The notes: a model not told the origin generated them from the letters alone. A stretch of 42,492 bases of DNA from an uncultured Planctomycetota bacterium (GCA_964412125.1 CAYPNR010000007.1:1-42492); one strand, 5' to 3'; counted from the stretch's first letter, positions 8,439 to 17,876 are shown. Numbers and translations: made by a program.

Positions 8439-9914
8439 TCAGACGCCGCGGCGCCTGGCGACGGCCGCTTCGTAGAGTTTGAGATACTCCGCGGCGGAGC
8501 GGTCCCAGCCGAATCTCCGTCGCATGCCGCAGGCCGCCAGCCGCCGCCAGGCGTCCCGGTCGTCACGATAGAGGGCGACGGCGCGACGCACCGCTTCGAG
8601 CAGCGCCTCAGGCGTGTAGTCCTCGAAGACGAAGCCGGTCGCCTCGCCGGTCTCCAGCGCCTGCGGACTGTAGTCGACGACCGTGTCGGCCAGACCACCC
8701 GTCTTGCGGACCACCGGCACGGTGCCGTAACGCATCGAGTACATCTGGTTGAGGCCGCACGGCTCGTAACGCGAAGGCATCAGGAACATGTCGCAGCCGG
8801 CCTCGATGAGGTGGGCGAGTCTCTCGTCGAACTTTATGAACGCGGAAAGCGAGCCGGCGTGCCTGCGCCGGGCCTCGCGGAACAGCGCTTCGTACTCCGG
8901 CTGACCCGTTCCGAGCAGGACGAATTGGACGCCGAGGTCCATTATTTCGTCCATGCACTTTCCGAGGATGTCGAAGCCCTTCTGTTCGGCGAGCCGACTG
9001 ACGATGCCGATCAGCGGGACGTCGGGCGCCTCGCCGAGACCGGCCTCGCGCTGCAGCGCCGCCTTGCAGACGGCTTTGCCGTCTGTGTCGTCGACGTCGT
9101 AGTTCGCGGGCAGATGCTCGTCGTCGGCCGGATTCCAGACCGAATAGTCGCAGCCGTTGAGTATGCCGATCAGGTCTTCAGCGCGCGCCGCGAGTATGTT
9201 TTCGATGCCGCAGCCGAACTCGGCGGTCTGTATCTCCCCGGCGTAGGTGGGACTGACGGTGTTCAGTTTGTCGGCGAATGCGACGCCGCCCTTCAGCAGA
9301 TTCATCTTGCCCCAGAACTCGAGATAGCGCCACGTGAAGTACTCCCACGGCAGACCGGTGAAGTTGAAGTCCCACTGGTCGAAGACGCCCTGATAGGCGA
9401 TGTTGTGAAGCGACAGGACGACGGCGGTGTCGCGGAACAGATCGTCCTCGGCGTACAAGGCGCGGAGGTACACCGGTATCATGGAGGTGTGCCACTCGTT
9501 CACGTGAACGACGTCGTAACGCGTCTTCCGCTTGCGGACGAATTCGAGGACGGCGCGGCAGAAGAAGATGAAGCGCTCGGCGTTGTCGCGATACTCGCCG
9601 CGTTCGTCCATGTAGAGGCCCGGACGATAGAAGTAACGATCGTGCTCGACGAAGTGGACGCGGACGCCGGAGTCCGGCAACGTGGTGTGCCGAAGAAAAG
9701 CGTGCTGTCTGCGACGAAAGACCGGAAACTCGACATCGACGTCTGCGTGCTCTATATCGAAGCCGCCGCTTTTGACCGCGGCGTACATCGGCGTGAACAC
9801 GTCCACCTCGACGCCGAGGGCGTCGAGAGCGACCGGAAGCGCTCCGCTGACGTCGGCGAGGCCGCCCGTTTTGGAAAACGGAACAATCTCACTCGTGGCG
9901 AAAAGGACCTTCAC
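8439..9914 (-). CDS. glgA: Glycogen/starch synthase
   Basis: GTG start at 9914 within track ORF 8439..10958. Blocks: VKVLFATSEIVPFSKTGGLADV (KTGGL motif), NEWHTSMIP, SRLAEQKG, PSRYEPCGLNQMY, VRKTGGLADTV. Confidence 0.93.
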   Translation of the reverse strand: MKVLFATSEIVPFSKTGGLADVSGALPVALDALGVEVDVFTPMYAAVKSGGFDIEHADVDVEFPVFRRRQHAFLRHTTLPDSGVRVHFVEHDRYFYRPGLYMDERGEYRDNAERFIFFCRAVLEFVRKRKTRYDVVHVNEWHTSMIPVYLRALYAEDDLFRDTAVVLSLHNIAYQGVFDQWDFNFTGLPWEYFTWRYLEFWGKMNLLKGGVAFADKLNTVSPTYAGEIQTAEFGCGIENILAARAEDLIGILNGCDYSVWNPADDEHLPANYDVDDTDGKAVCKAALQREAGLGEAPDVPLIGIVSRLAEQKGFDILGKCMDEIMDLGVQFVLLGTGQPEYEALFREARRRHAGSLSAFIKFDERLAHLIEAGCDMFLMPSRYEPCGLNQMYSMRYGTVPVVRKTGGLADTVVDYSPQALETGEATGFVFEDYTPEALLEAVRRAVALYRDDRDAWRRLAACGMRRRFGWDRSAAEYLKLYEAAVARRRGV

Positions 9915-10939
9915 GAGACACGTGCCTCCAAGACGCTCATGTCCGCCTCCATCAAGAAGCCGCGGGCGCTTTCCGGAGCGACGGGATTTATGTACACGCC
10001 GGTGCCCCACTCGAAGCCGGCCACTTTCGTCAGACGCGGAATCACTTCTATATGCCAGTGATAGTACTCCAGAAACTCGGTGTCGAACGCGCCGGTGTGC
10101 AGGATGTAGTTGTACGAGACGCCGGGCAGCGTCGCCTCGAGGCGGAACAGGGTACGCTGGAGAATGAAACCGAGGTCTTCGAACTGCGCCTTGCCGGCGT
10201 CCTCGAAATGACTGCCGTGGCGCTTCGGCAGAATCCACGTCTCGAACGGAAAACGTGAGGCGAACGGCTCGAACGCTATGAACTCCTCGGTTTCTTCGAC
10301 GACGCGTTCGCCCGTCGCCTTCTCGTCGCCTATCATGTCGCAGAAGACGCAGCGGCCGCGGTAGTCGTAGAACTCTTTGGAGCCGCGCATCTCTTCTCTG
10401 ATGCGCACCGGCACGAACGGCACGGCGATCAACTGCGAGTGGGAGTGGTAGAGAGAAGCGCCGCCCTCCTTGCCCACGTTCTTGAAAATCATTCCGTAAA
10501 GGAATCTTTTGTCCTTCTTCAGCGCCAGCAGCCTGTCGCGATACGCCCACATCACCTCCCGCACCTGCTTGAGCGGCACCTGCGTCTGCGAACGAACGTG
10601 TTCGGGACTCTCGACGATCACCTCGTGGACGCCGACGCCGCTCATCATGTCGTAGATTCCGACGCCTCTCTTGCAGAGGTCGCCGTCCGGCGAGAGCGCG
10701 GGAAACTTGTTCGGAATCACCCGTACCCACCATCCGGGGCCGTTCGGCTCGGTGCCCGCGGCGCGGTATGCGAGTATCTCCGGCGGCGTTTTGGATTCGT
10801 TGCCTTCGCAGAACGGACAGAAGCCGCCGGCCTCGGACCGCTCCTCCGCCGCGTGCGTGAAGTCGCTGGGTCTGCGGGCGCGTTCCTTGGCCACGATCAC
10901 CCAACGTCTGATTATGGGGTCCTTGCGCAACTCCGCCAT
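9911..10939 (-). CDS. GalT-family HIT nucleotidyltransferase (galactose-1-P uridylyltransferase / ADP-glucose phosphorylase-like)
   Basis: Zn knuckle CPFCEGNE and active-site block GGASLYHSHSQLIAV (H-x-H-x-Q). 342 aa. Its TGA overlaps the glgA GTG (GTGA, 9911..9914). Confidence 0.88.
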   Translation of the reverse strand: MAELRKDPIIRRWVIVAKERARRPSDFTHAAEERSEAGGFCPFCEGNESKTPPEILAYRAAGTEPNGPGWWVRVIPNKFPALSPDGDLCKRGVGIYDMMSGVGVHEVIVESPEHVRSQTQVPLKQVREVMWAYRDRLLALKKDKRFLYGMIFKNVGKEGGASLYHSHSQLIAVPFVPVRIREEMRGSKEFYDYRGRCVFCDMIGDEKATGERVVEETEEFIAFEPFASRFPFETWILPKRHGSHFEDAGKAQFEDLGFILQRTLFRLEATLPGVSYNYILHTGAFDTEFLEYYHWHIEVIPRLTKVAGFEWGTGVYINPVAPESARGFLMEADMSVLEARVS

Positions 10940-10973
10940 GCTTTCGGGCTCTCCTCAAGACGCCAGGGATACC

Positions 10974-11003
10974 ATTTTACCCGCCGCGGCCGGTCGCAGG
11001 CAA
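10974..11003 (-). promoter_or_regulatory. Sigma-70-like promoter of the galT-like/glgA operon (TTGCCT-N18-TAAAAT on the minus strand)
   Basis: The reverse complement reads TTGCCT gcgaccggccgcggcggg TAAAAT, about 35 nt upstream of ATG 10939. GAGGAGAG RBS. Confidence 0.35.
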
Positions 11004-11150
11004 CCGTTCGTGTGAAAATACGCGTCGCGGGTGTCGCCAAAACGGCGCTTGTTCTGGAAGTGGGGCGGCCCGGGAGTAGAATTTTCGACGACGGCGGCCA
11101 CGCGGTCCTGGAGTCGCGTGCGTCGCAGGAGCGGGTTTAAGGAGTGCGCC

Positions 11151-12404
11151 ATGGCGGAAGCGAAACCGAAGAAACCCATGAAGCGTCGGCCGATAGCCGC
11201 CGCCGCGACCATGAAGAAGATCATGGCCGACTATTTCTACTCACTCGACGCGGCGGCGAAGGACCCGAACCGCAAGGTCGCGTGGTGCACCTCCGTCGGT
11301 CCCGCGGAACTTCTGCACGTCTTCGGTTTCGCGGTGCACTATCCCGAGAACCACGGCGCGCTGCTCGGCGCCACGCGAACCGCGACGGACTTCATCCCGA
11401 CCGCCAACGCCCTGGGATACTCGCCGGATATCTGTTCGTATCTCACCAGCGACGTCGGCTCGTTCCTCAAGGGCGAAACGCCCCTGTCGAAGGCGTATCC
11501 CGGCATCGAAAGTCTTCCCAGGCCGGACGTATTGGTCTACAACACCAACCAGTGCCGCGACGTACAGGACTGGCTGATGTGGTACGCGCGACACTTCGGC
11601 GTTCCGTGCGTGGGCGTGCACACGCATCGCGGCCTGCCGGAGGTGACCGAGACGCACATAGAAGACGTGGCCGGCCAGATACGCGGACTGATACCGACAC
11701 TCGAAGAGGTCTCCGGCAGGAAATTCGACATGGACAGGTTTCGAGAGGTTGTGGGCCTGAGTCGCAGGTGCAGCGAACTGTGGCGCAGGACGCTGGAGAC
11801 GGCCGCGGCGGTGCCTTCGCCGCTGACGTTCTTCGACGGATGCATTCACATGGGACCCGCGGTGGTGCTGCGCGGCACACAGACGGCCGTGGACTACTAC
11901 GAGGAGTTGCTGCCGGAGTTGGAGAAGCGGATACAGGACGGCACAGGCGCGCTCGAGGAGGAGCGGTTCCGCGTGTACTGGGAGGGAATGCCGATCTGGG
12001 GCAAGTTACGCGAGTTGAGCGGACTGTTCTGGGACCTGAAGACCTGTGTGGTGGCCTCGACCTACTGCAACTCCTGGATTTTCGAGCAGTTCGATCCGGA
12101 GCGGCCGTTCGAGTCCATGGCCCGCGCCTACACGGAACTGTTCATCGTTCGCGACGACGGATGGAAGGAAGGCTACATAGAGCGGATGGTGCGTCAGTTC
12201 AAGGTGAACGGCATCATTTTCCACGACGCCAAGACCTGTCCGAACAACACCAACAGCCGCTACGGCATGCCGCAGCGACTGCAGGAGCGACTCGGGATAC
12301 CGTGCGTGACGGTCCACGGCGACCTGAACGACCTGCGCCTGTACAGCGAAGAGCAGACGCGGACGCAGATCGAAGCGCTGGTCGAGCAGATGTCCGCGGC
12401 GTAG
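11151..12404 (+). CDS. 2-hydroxyacyl-CoA dehydratase / BcrC-BadD-HgdB family protein (possibly double-cubane-cluster-protein-like)
   Basis: ATG 11151 (AAGGAG upstream) lies within track ORF 11031..12404. Blocks: VAWCTSVGPAELLHVFGF..HYPENH, DICSYL, NQCRDV, ASTYCNSW, FHDAKTCPNN. 417 aa with conserved Cys positions typical of HGD-D (PF06050-type) proteins. Confidence 0.85.
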   Translation: MAEAKPKKPMKRRPIAAAATMKKIMADYFYSLDAAAKDPNRKVAWCTSVGPAELLHVFGFAVHYPENHGALLGATRTATDFIPTANALGYSPDICSYLTSDVGSFLKGETPLSKAYPGIESLPRPDVLVYNTNQCRDVQDWLMWYARHFGVPCVGVHTHRGLPEVTETHIEDVAGQIRGLIPTLEEVSGRKFDMDRFREVVGLSRRCSELWRRTLETAAAVPSPLTFFDGCIHMGPAVVLRGTQTAVDYYEELLPELEKRIQDGTGALEEERFRVYWEGMPIWGKLRELSGLFWDLKTCVVASTYCNSWIFEQFDPERPFESMARAYTELFIVRDDGWKEGYIERMVRQFKVNGIIFHDAKTCPNNTNSRYGMPQRLQERLGIPCVTVHGDLNDLRLYSEEQTRTQIEALVEQMSAA

Positions 12405-12428
12405 CGAAGCGGTCGGAGGAACGACGGA

Positions 12429-13001
12429 ATGGACGATGAGAAGATAAAACGCGCGGTGCGCCTCTTCCTCGAAGGCATCGGAGAGGATCCGGACCGCGAG
12501 GGACTGAAGGAGACGCCCGACCGCATAGCGCGCACCTGCGCCGAACTCTACCACGGCGTGAGACGCGACCCCGGTGAGGTGCTGACGGTTCTGAAGGAGG
12601 AACGACACGACGAGATTATACTGGTGAAGGGCATACCGTTCTACTCGGTTTGCGAGCATCATCTCCTGCCGTTCAAGGGGCTCTGTCACGTGGCCTACGT
12701 ACCGGACCGGAGGATAACGGGGCTGAGCAAGATAGTACGTCTGGTGGACGTGTGTGCGGCGCGGCCGCAGTTGCAGGAGCGACTCACGACGCTTGTTGCC
12801 GAGACGCTCATGAACCGTCTCAAGCCGAAGGGAGTGCTTGTGATAATAGAAGCGGAGCATCTCTGCATGACCATGCGCGGCGTCCGCAAGCCCGGCTCGA
12901 AGATGGTGACCAGCGTGGTACGCGGACTGTTCAGGCGGAACGAAAAGACGCGCAGCGAAGCGCTTTCGCTCATATACGGCAGCACGGGCGTGGAGAAATG
13001 A
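12429..13001 (+). CDS. folE: GTP cyclohydrolase I
   Basis: [58 protein letters not shown]. Confidence 0.95.
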   Translation: MDDEKIKRAVRLFLEGIGEDPDREGLKETPDRIARTCAELYHGVRRDPGEVLTVLKEERHDEIILVKGIPFYSVCEHHLLPFKGLCHVAYVPDRRITGLSKIVRLVDVCAARPQLQERLTTLVAETLMNRLKPKGVLVIIEAEHLCMTMRGVRKPGSKMVTSVVRGLFRRNEKTRSEALSLIYGSTGVEK

Positions 13002-13022
13002 GCCGCGCGGAGGCGAGCGGCG

Positions 13023-13964
13023 TCAGCGGCGTGCGCGTCCGGCGTCGATTTTGAGATGTCCGCGCTTCCGCAGGAGCGCCATGAACTCCCTTGCGGCGGG
13101 CGCCGTCGCGCCGCGACGACGATAAACCACCCAGAATTTCCGACGCAACTTTATTCCGCCCACGTCGAGCGCCACCAACCGCCCGGCCTCCAGTTCCGTC
13201 TCCACCGCCACGCGCGAGACCGCCCCCACGCCGAAGCCCGCCCTGACCGCGGCGATGAGAGCCGCGGTGGAGCCCATCACCGCCGCGGGCTTTCTTCGGA
13301 TCGGTCCGCCGAGCGCCTCCGACAGCGCCGCGTCGAACGCCGCCTGTGTGCCGCTGCCCTCCTCGCGCACGACGAACGGCAGTTCGCGCAACTCCTCCGG
13401 ACCGCGAACGGAGCCGCCCGCCCATTCCGTTCCCGCCGCCGCGACCACCACGATCTCGTCACCGGCGAACTCGAACGCTTCGAGATCGGCGCCGCGCGGC
13501 TTTCCGCCCATGAATCCGAGATGCACCTCGCCTCGACTGACGCCCTCCTCCACTCCTCGTGAGTCGCTCACCTCCAGCACCAGGTCTATCTGCGGGAACT
13601 TGCGATGAAACTCCATCATGAGCGGCGGCAGCAGATACTCGCCCGGTATGTTGGAGGCGCGCAAGGTGAACCGCCCCCGCATCAGGCCGCGCAACTCCTC
13701 GACCGCGCGCTGCGCGTCCTCGCGCGTGCGCACGATCTTCTGGCAGTAATCGTAATAGACGTGACCGGCTTCGGTCAGAGTGACCTTGCGTCCGGCGCGA
13801 TCGAAAAGCGCGATGCCGAGCGTGCGCTCGAGATGAGCGATGTGTTCGGAAACGGTGGGCTGACTGACGCGCATCGCCTGAGCGGCGCGTGTGAAACTTC
13901 CGAGTCGCGCGGCGTAGTAGAAAGTCTCTATCTGCCGCAGACCGATTTTTTCGTAAGAACCCAT
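13023..13964 (-). CDS. LysR-family transcriptional regulator
   Basis: N-terminal wHTH LRQIETFYYAARLGSFTRAAQAMRVSQPTVSEHIAHLERTLGIALFDR, followed by a LysR substrate-binding domain. 313 aa. Confidence 0.9.
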   Translation of the reverse strand: MGSYEKIGLRQIETFYYAARLGSFTRAAQAMRVSQPTVSEHIAHLERTLGIALFDRAGRKVTLTEAGHVYYDYCQKIVRTREDAQRAVEELRGLMRGRFTLRASNIPGEYLLPPLMMEFHRKFPQIDLVLEVSDSRGVEEGVSRGEVHLGFMGGKPRGADLEAFEFAGDEIVVVAAAGTEWAGGSVRGPEELRELPFVVREEGSGTQAAFDAALSEALGGPIRRKPAAVMGSTAALIAAVRAGFGVGAVSRVAVETELEAGRLVALDVGGIKLRRKFWVVYRRRGATAPAAREFMALLRKRGHLKIDAGRARR

Positions 13965-13983
13965 ACCCGCGCTCCCCCGACAG

Positions 13984-14019
13984 AAAAAATTCCCGCTTCC
14001 GCGACCGGGCGTCGCGGAA
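13984..14019 (-). terminator. Hairpin plus T-tract downstream of the thiolase gene (also a candidate LysR operator)
   Basis: Perfect 9-bp inverted repeat TTCCGCGAC (13997..14005) / GTCGCGGAA (14011..14019) with a 5-nt loop. On the minus strand, T6 (13989..13984) follows 7 nt later. The element sits 20-55 nt upstream of the LysR ATG. Confidence 0.4.
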
Positions 14020-14024
14020 CGATC

Positions 14025-15209
14025 TCAGACAAGTTCCAGCGCCAGCGCGGTCGCGCCGCCGCCGCCGAGGCACAGCGCCGCGAGTCCGCGTTTCTTTCCG
14101 TAGGTCCGCAAAGCGTGGACGAGCGTCACGATCATACGCGCTCCCGTGCATCCGATCGGGTGCCCCAGCGCCACCGCGCCGCCGTGGACGTTCAACTTCT
14201 CCTCCGGCACCTCCAGGTCTCTCGCCAGCGCCATCGTCGCGGTCGCGAACGGCTCGTTCAACTCCACCAGGTCGAACCAGTCGATGCCGACGCCCATCTT
14301 TTCGAGGAGTTTGCGCACCGCCTTGAGCGGCGCCAGCATCACCCACTTCGGCTCGACGCAGCCCGTCGCGTAGGCGAGCACACGCGCCTCCACTTTCATT
14401 CCCACCTCCGCGGCCGTCTCCTCGGTCGCCACCACCATTGCGGCCGCGCCGTCGGAGATCTGAGACGCGTTGCCGGCGGTGACCACACCGTCCTTCTTGA
14501 AAGCGGCCTTCAACTTCGCCATCTTCTCGATACTCGCGTCGCCGCGGACGCCTTCGTCGCGGTCGATCACGACGGGCGGATTCTTCTTCTTCGCCGGCAC
14601 CTCCACCGGCAGGATTTCGGCGGCGAACCTGCCCTCCTCCGCCGCGGCGTGGGCCTTCTGATGGCTCCTCAGGCCGAACTCGTCGGCCTCACTGCGGGTT
14701 ATGCCGTACCGCTCGGCGACCAACTCGCCGGTGATGCCCATGTGAAAGTCGTTGTAGTAGTCCCAGAGTCCGTCGAAGACCATGGTGTCGACGAGTTGCG
14801 CGTCTCCGAGGCGATAGCCGGTACGTGCGCGACGGAGTATGTACGGTCCGTTGGACATGGACTCCATTCCGCCTGCGACGACGAGCCGCTCGTCGCCGAG
14901 TTTGAGCGCCTGCGCCGCCAGCATGACGGCCTTCATACCGCTGCCGCAGACCTTGTTCACCGTGAAGGCGTTGGTCCTCTCCGGATCGAGTCCCGCGAGT
15001 ATCTGCGCCTGACGCGCGGGATTCTGACCGATGCCGGCCGAGATGACGTTGCCCATCACGACCTCGTCGATTTCCTCTTGGGGCACGGCGGCGCGTTTTA
15101 TCGCCTCCGCGACCACTTTGGCGCCCAGGTCCGGCGCCCTGAGCGCGGAGAGTCCTCCGAGAAATCTGCCGATCGCCGTTCTGACGGTTCCGCCTATGAC
15201 GATACTCAT
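14025..15209 (-). CDS. Acetyl-CoA C-acetyltransferase (thiolase II)
   Basis: ATG 15209 (AGGGAG upstream) lies within track ORF 14025..15272. Blocks: VNKVCGSGMKAV (nucleophilic Cys), NVHGGAVALGHPIGCTGARM, AALCLGGGGATA. Confidence 0.93.
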   Translation of the reverse strand: MSIVIGGTVRTAIGRFLGGLSALRAPDLGAKVVAEAIKRAAVPQEEIDEVVMGNVISAGIGQNPARQAQILAGLDPERTNAFTVNKVCGSGMKAVMLAAQALKLGDERLVVAGGMESMSNGPYILRRARTGYRLGDAQLVDTMVFDGLWDYYNDFHMGITGELVAERYGITRSEADEFGLRSHQKAHAAAEEGRFAAEILPVEVPAKKKNPPVVIDRDEGVRGDASIEKMAKLKAAFKKDGVVTAGNASQISDGAAAMVVATEETAAEVGMKVEARVLAYATGCVEPKWVMLAPLKAVRKLLEKMGVGIDWFDLVELNEPFATATMALARDLEVPEEKLNVHGGAVALGHPIGCTGARMIVTLVHALRTYGKKRGLAALCLGGGGATALALELV

Positions 15210-15270
15210 ATCAACTCCCTTAATACGACACCACGGAAAAAGTCTATAGAGCCGAAGGCCGCCTGCAACC

Positions 15271-15290
15271 AAAACCGCCTTTTCCGGCGG
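15271..15290 (-). terminator. Weak intrinsic-terminator-like hairpin after ribD
   Basis: The minus strand reads CCGCC ggaaaa GGCGG TTTTGG, only a 5-6 bp stem, about 55 nt after the ribD stop. Confidence 0.25.
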
Positions 15291-15344
15291 CCGCTCTTCG
15301 GATGACGAGAAGCGCGCCGCAGCGCGGAGCGGAGCGGCTTCCGA

Positions 15345-16457
15345 TCATTCGAGATAAGGCATCTCGAGATCGAAGACGAGCATGAGATTGTCGTCGAGAC
15401 GACGAACCTCCGCGAGCGAAGCGCGTGTCGCTTTTTTCAGCGTTTCCGCGCCTTCGCCCTCGACCGGCGTCACGGCCTCCGCGCCGCCGATAACGACCGG
15501 CGCTAAGAAACAGATGATACGATCGGCCAGTCCGCCTTCGAGGAACGACGCGATGAGAGTGCCGCCGCCCTCGACCAGCACGTTGGTCATTCGTCGTCTG
15601 CCCAGCCGATCGAGAAGCGACTTCAGACTGACCCGTCCGCCGACCTGACGGAAGCGAACGACTTTACAACCGGCGTTTTTCAAGGCGCGCTGCTTTTCGC
15701 GGGGCGCCCCGGCGGTGACCGCGACCAGCGTGGGAGTCTCCCGCGCGGTGGCGACGACGGCGGACTTAAGCGGCACGCTCGCCTTGGAATCGACCACCAC
15801 CCGCGTCTGTGTGCGCTGCGGCGTGAACAGTCGCGCCGTCAACAGAGGATCGTCGGCAACCACCGTATTGACGCCCACGACGACCGCATCGGAGACCGCG
15901 CGCAACTTATGAACGAATATACGGGCGCGCTCGTTCGATATCCACCGCGAGCGACCCGCGCGCGTCGCTATCTTGCCGTCCAGCGACATCGCCCACTTGA
16001 CCGTGACGAAAGGCCGGCCCGTCCGCGTGAGTTTGAAGTACGGTGCGTTTGCGTAACGCGCCTCCTCCTGGAGCACACCGACGCGCACGGCGACCCCGGC
16101 GCGTCTCAACGCACGACGACCGCGACCGGAGACCCGCGGATTCGGATCGAGTGTGGCGGCGACCACCTCGGCGATACCGGCGTGGATGATGGCGTCGGTG
16201 CACGGCGGCGTTTTACCTTTGTGGCAGCAGGGCTCGAGAGTCACATACATAGTGGCGCCGACGGCGGCCGACGGATCCGGCAGGTTGTTCAGCGCGTCCA
16301 CCTCGGCGTGCGCGGCTCCGAAGCGATGATGATATCCGCGTGCGAGCACCTTTCCGTCCCTGGCGATGACGGCGCCCACCAGCGGATTGGGCTCGACCGC
16401 CCCCCGGCCGCGGTTGGCCAGCCGCAACGCCTCTTTCATCAGGGCCGCGTCGTCCAT
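15345..16457 (-). CDS. ribD: Bifunctional riboflavin biosynthesis protein RibD (pyrimidine deaminase/reductase)
   Basis: ATG 16457 lies within track ORF 15345..17162. Blocks: MKEALRLA, HAEVDAL, TLEPCCHKGKTPPC (zinc deaminase motif), and the C-terminal reductase block KWAMSLDGKIA..VLVEGGG. Confidence 0.93.
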   Translation of the reverse strand: MDDAALMKEALRLANRGRGAVEPNPLVGAVIARDGKVLARGYHHRFGAAHAEVDALNNLPDPSAAVGATMYVTLEPCCHKGKTPPCTDAIIHAGIAEVVAATLDPNPRVSGRGRRALRRAGVAVRVGVLQEEARYANAPYFKLTRTGRPFVTVKWAMSLDGKIATRAGRSRWISNERARIFVHKLRAVSDAVVVGVNTVVADDPLLTARLFTPQRTQTRVVVDSKASVPLKSAVVATARETPTLVAVTAGAPREKQRALKNAGCKVVRFRQVGGRVSLKSLLDRLGRRRMTNVLVEGGGTLIASFLEGGLADRIICFLAPVVIGGAEAVTPVEGEGAETLKKATRASLAEVRRLDDNLMLVFDLEMPYLE

Positions 16458-16528
16458 GGTGCGTTCCGCAAACCGCCGTTGTGCATCATAACGCTTCGCC
16501 GCGGCGTTGTCCAGCGACGCGCGTCCGC

Positions 16529-17746
16529 TCAGCGCGGCCTTTTCCGCGCCGCGTCGTAGGCGTTCCGCAGCAGCGGACCGAACACCTTCTCGACCGCCTC
16601 CGACGGCCAGCCCTTCTCCAGGGCCGACAGGCCCAGCACCACCGCGTCCATTCGTCCCTGTTCGGTCCAGCCCCGGAGGACCGTCATCGGCGAGAAGCCG
16701 AGCCGCTCGACGCGGGCCGGCTCCGCCTCCCACAGCCGCAGGAGGGAGAGGAAAGCGTAAGCGGCGAGGAACGGATCGCGCACGACGGCGCGCGCGGCCG
16801 CGTCCGTCAGCGCCCGCACCGTCGCGTCGCTTACGCCCAAGCGTCGCACGGCCCAGACGCAGGCGAAGCGCATCGCCCGCACCGGCAGTTCCACCGGCCC
16901 GGCGCCTTCGGGCGCCTGCGGCACTTCGTCCATCACGCGGGCGAACAACGCCAGCATCTCCGCGCGGCGTTCGTCCAGTGCGCCGCCGACGGCGAGCGCG
17001 ACGGCCGCCTTGGTCCGCATCGCGTCGCGCGGGTCCATCGAGCCGCCCTTCTCCGGCCGATGCGGCCGGCGCAGGTCCGCCTCCGTCAGGAGCGCGCCGA
17101 GGCATTCGACCACCTCGTCCCGATCGAGACCGCAGGCGGCGGCGATGGTCTTCGGACTCCACAGCGGCCGCGCCTCCTCGCGCGGCGCGGAGGTGTAATA
17201 GTTTTCAAGGGCGCCGAGGAGCAACGAATCCCATCGACACAAAGCCGGCGGAGCCTCGCTGGTCACGTCGAGTGTGGGCGGCGAGCCGAAAAGCGGCAGC
17301 GCCTCCAAAAAGACCTGCACGCGCAGCCTTTTCGGCACGCGCCGGAGAGGCGTCGGATCGAACGCGCCGCGTCCGCCGCCGGTCGCGGCCGCCGCGAGCC
17401 ATCGACAGAAGTCGTCCTGGGCGACGAGCGCGTCGAGCAGCGGTTTCGGAGCCGCCTCCAGAAGCGCCGGCACACGTCTTCTGCCGACCCACCGCGCGAC
17501 GATGAACGGCGCCGCGTCGGACGGCGAGAGCACGTCGAGCGCGCGCGCGCGCACGAGCACGTCCAGCATGGTGTGTCGCCGCAGCGTTCCCGCGCGCGTC
17601 CACATCCCGCGGACCGCCTCCGGTCGCTCGCGCACCATACGCAGGAGTTGTTTTTCCATGGCCGCCCAGGGATCGTCGCCCGCTCCGCCTTCTCCGCAGC
17701 CGACCGTCAGCAAAAGCGCCGCCGCGACAGGTATCCATTTCGACAT
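16529..17746 (-). CDS. Hypothetical lipoprotein, alpha-helical/HEAT-like
   Basis: ATG 17746 lies within track ORF 16529..18049, giving MSKWIPVAAALLLTVGC (lipobox LTVGC). Amino-acid composition is balanced compared with the overlapping Arg-rich shadow ORFs. I recognised no family. Confidence 0.6.
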   Translation of the reverse strand: MSKWIPVAAALLLTVGCGEGGAGDDPWAAMEKQLLRMVRERPEAVRGMWTRAGTLRRHTMLDVLVRARALDVLSPSDAAPFIVARWVGRRRVPALLEAAPKPLLDALVAQDDFCRWLAAAATGGGRGAFDPTPLRRVPKRLRVQVFLEALPLFGSPPTLDVTSEAPPALCRWDSLLLGALENYYTSAPREEARPLWSPKTIAAACGLDRDEVVECLGALLTEADLRRPHRPEKGGSMDPRDAMRTKAAVALAVGGALDERRAEMLALFARVMDEVPQAPEGAGPVELPVRAMRFACVWAVRRLGVSDATVRALTDAAARAVVRDPFLAAYAFLSLLRLWEAEPARVERLGFSPMTVLRGWTEQGRMDAVVLGLSALEKGWPSEAVEKVFGPLLRNAYDAARKRPR

Positions 17747-17876
17747 CTCGACGTCTCCGCTTGCGTTTCGCACCGACGGTATTATACCCGCAGGAGAGGC
17801 GAGTGTAACGACGACGACCGACACTGTTGCGGTCGACGGAGAGGTGTGGTAACATTCGTTTTCGGGGGCCGGGGAA

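Noticed and set aside
12107-12116. GTTCGAGTCC string resembling a tRNA T-loop
   Set aside because: It lies inside the HgdB-like coding frame, and the flanks cannot form T-stem or acceptor-stem pairing.
14013-14020. The 8-mer CGCGGAAC recurring in the window (also at about 2328, 11303, 19063, 35277 and 35297) as a possible dispersed repeat
   Set aside because: Several copies lie inside unrelated coding frames. My rough base-composition estimate expects 1-2 copies per strand, so the excess is small. Only the tandem pair at 35277-35304 is kept, as a low-interest observation.
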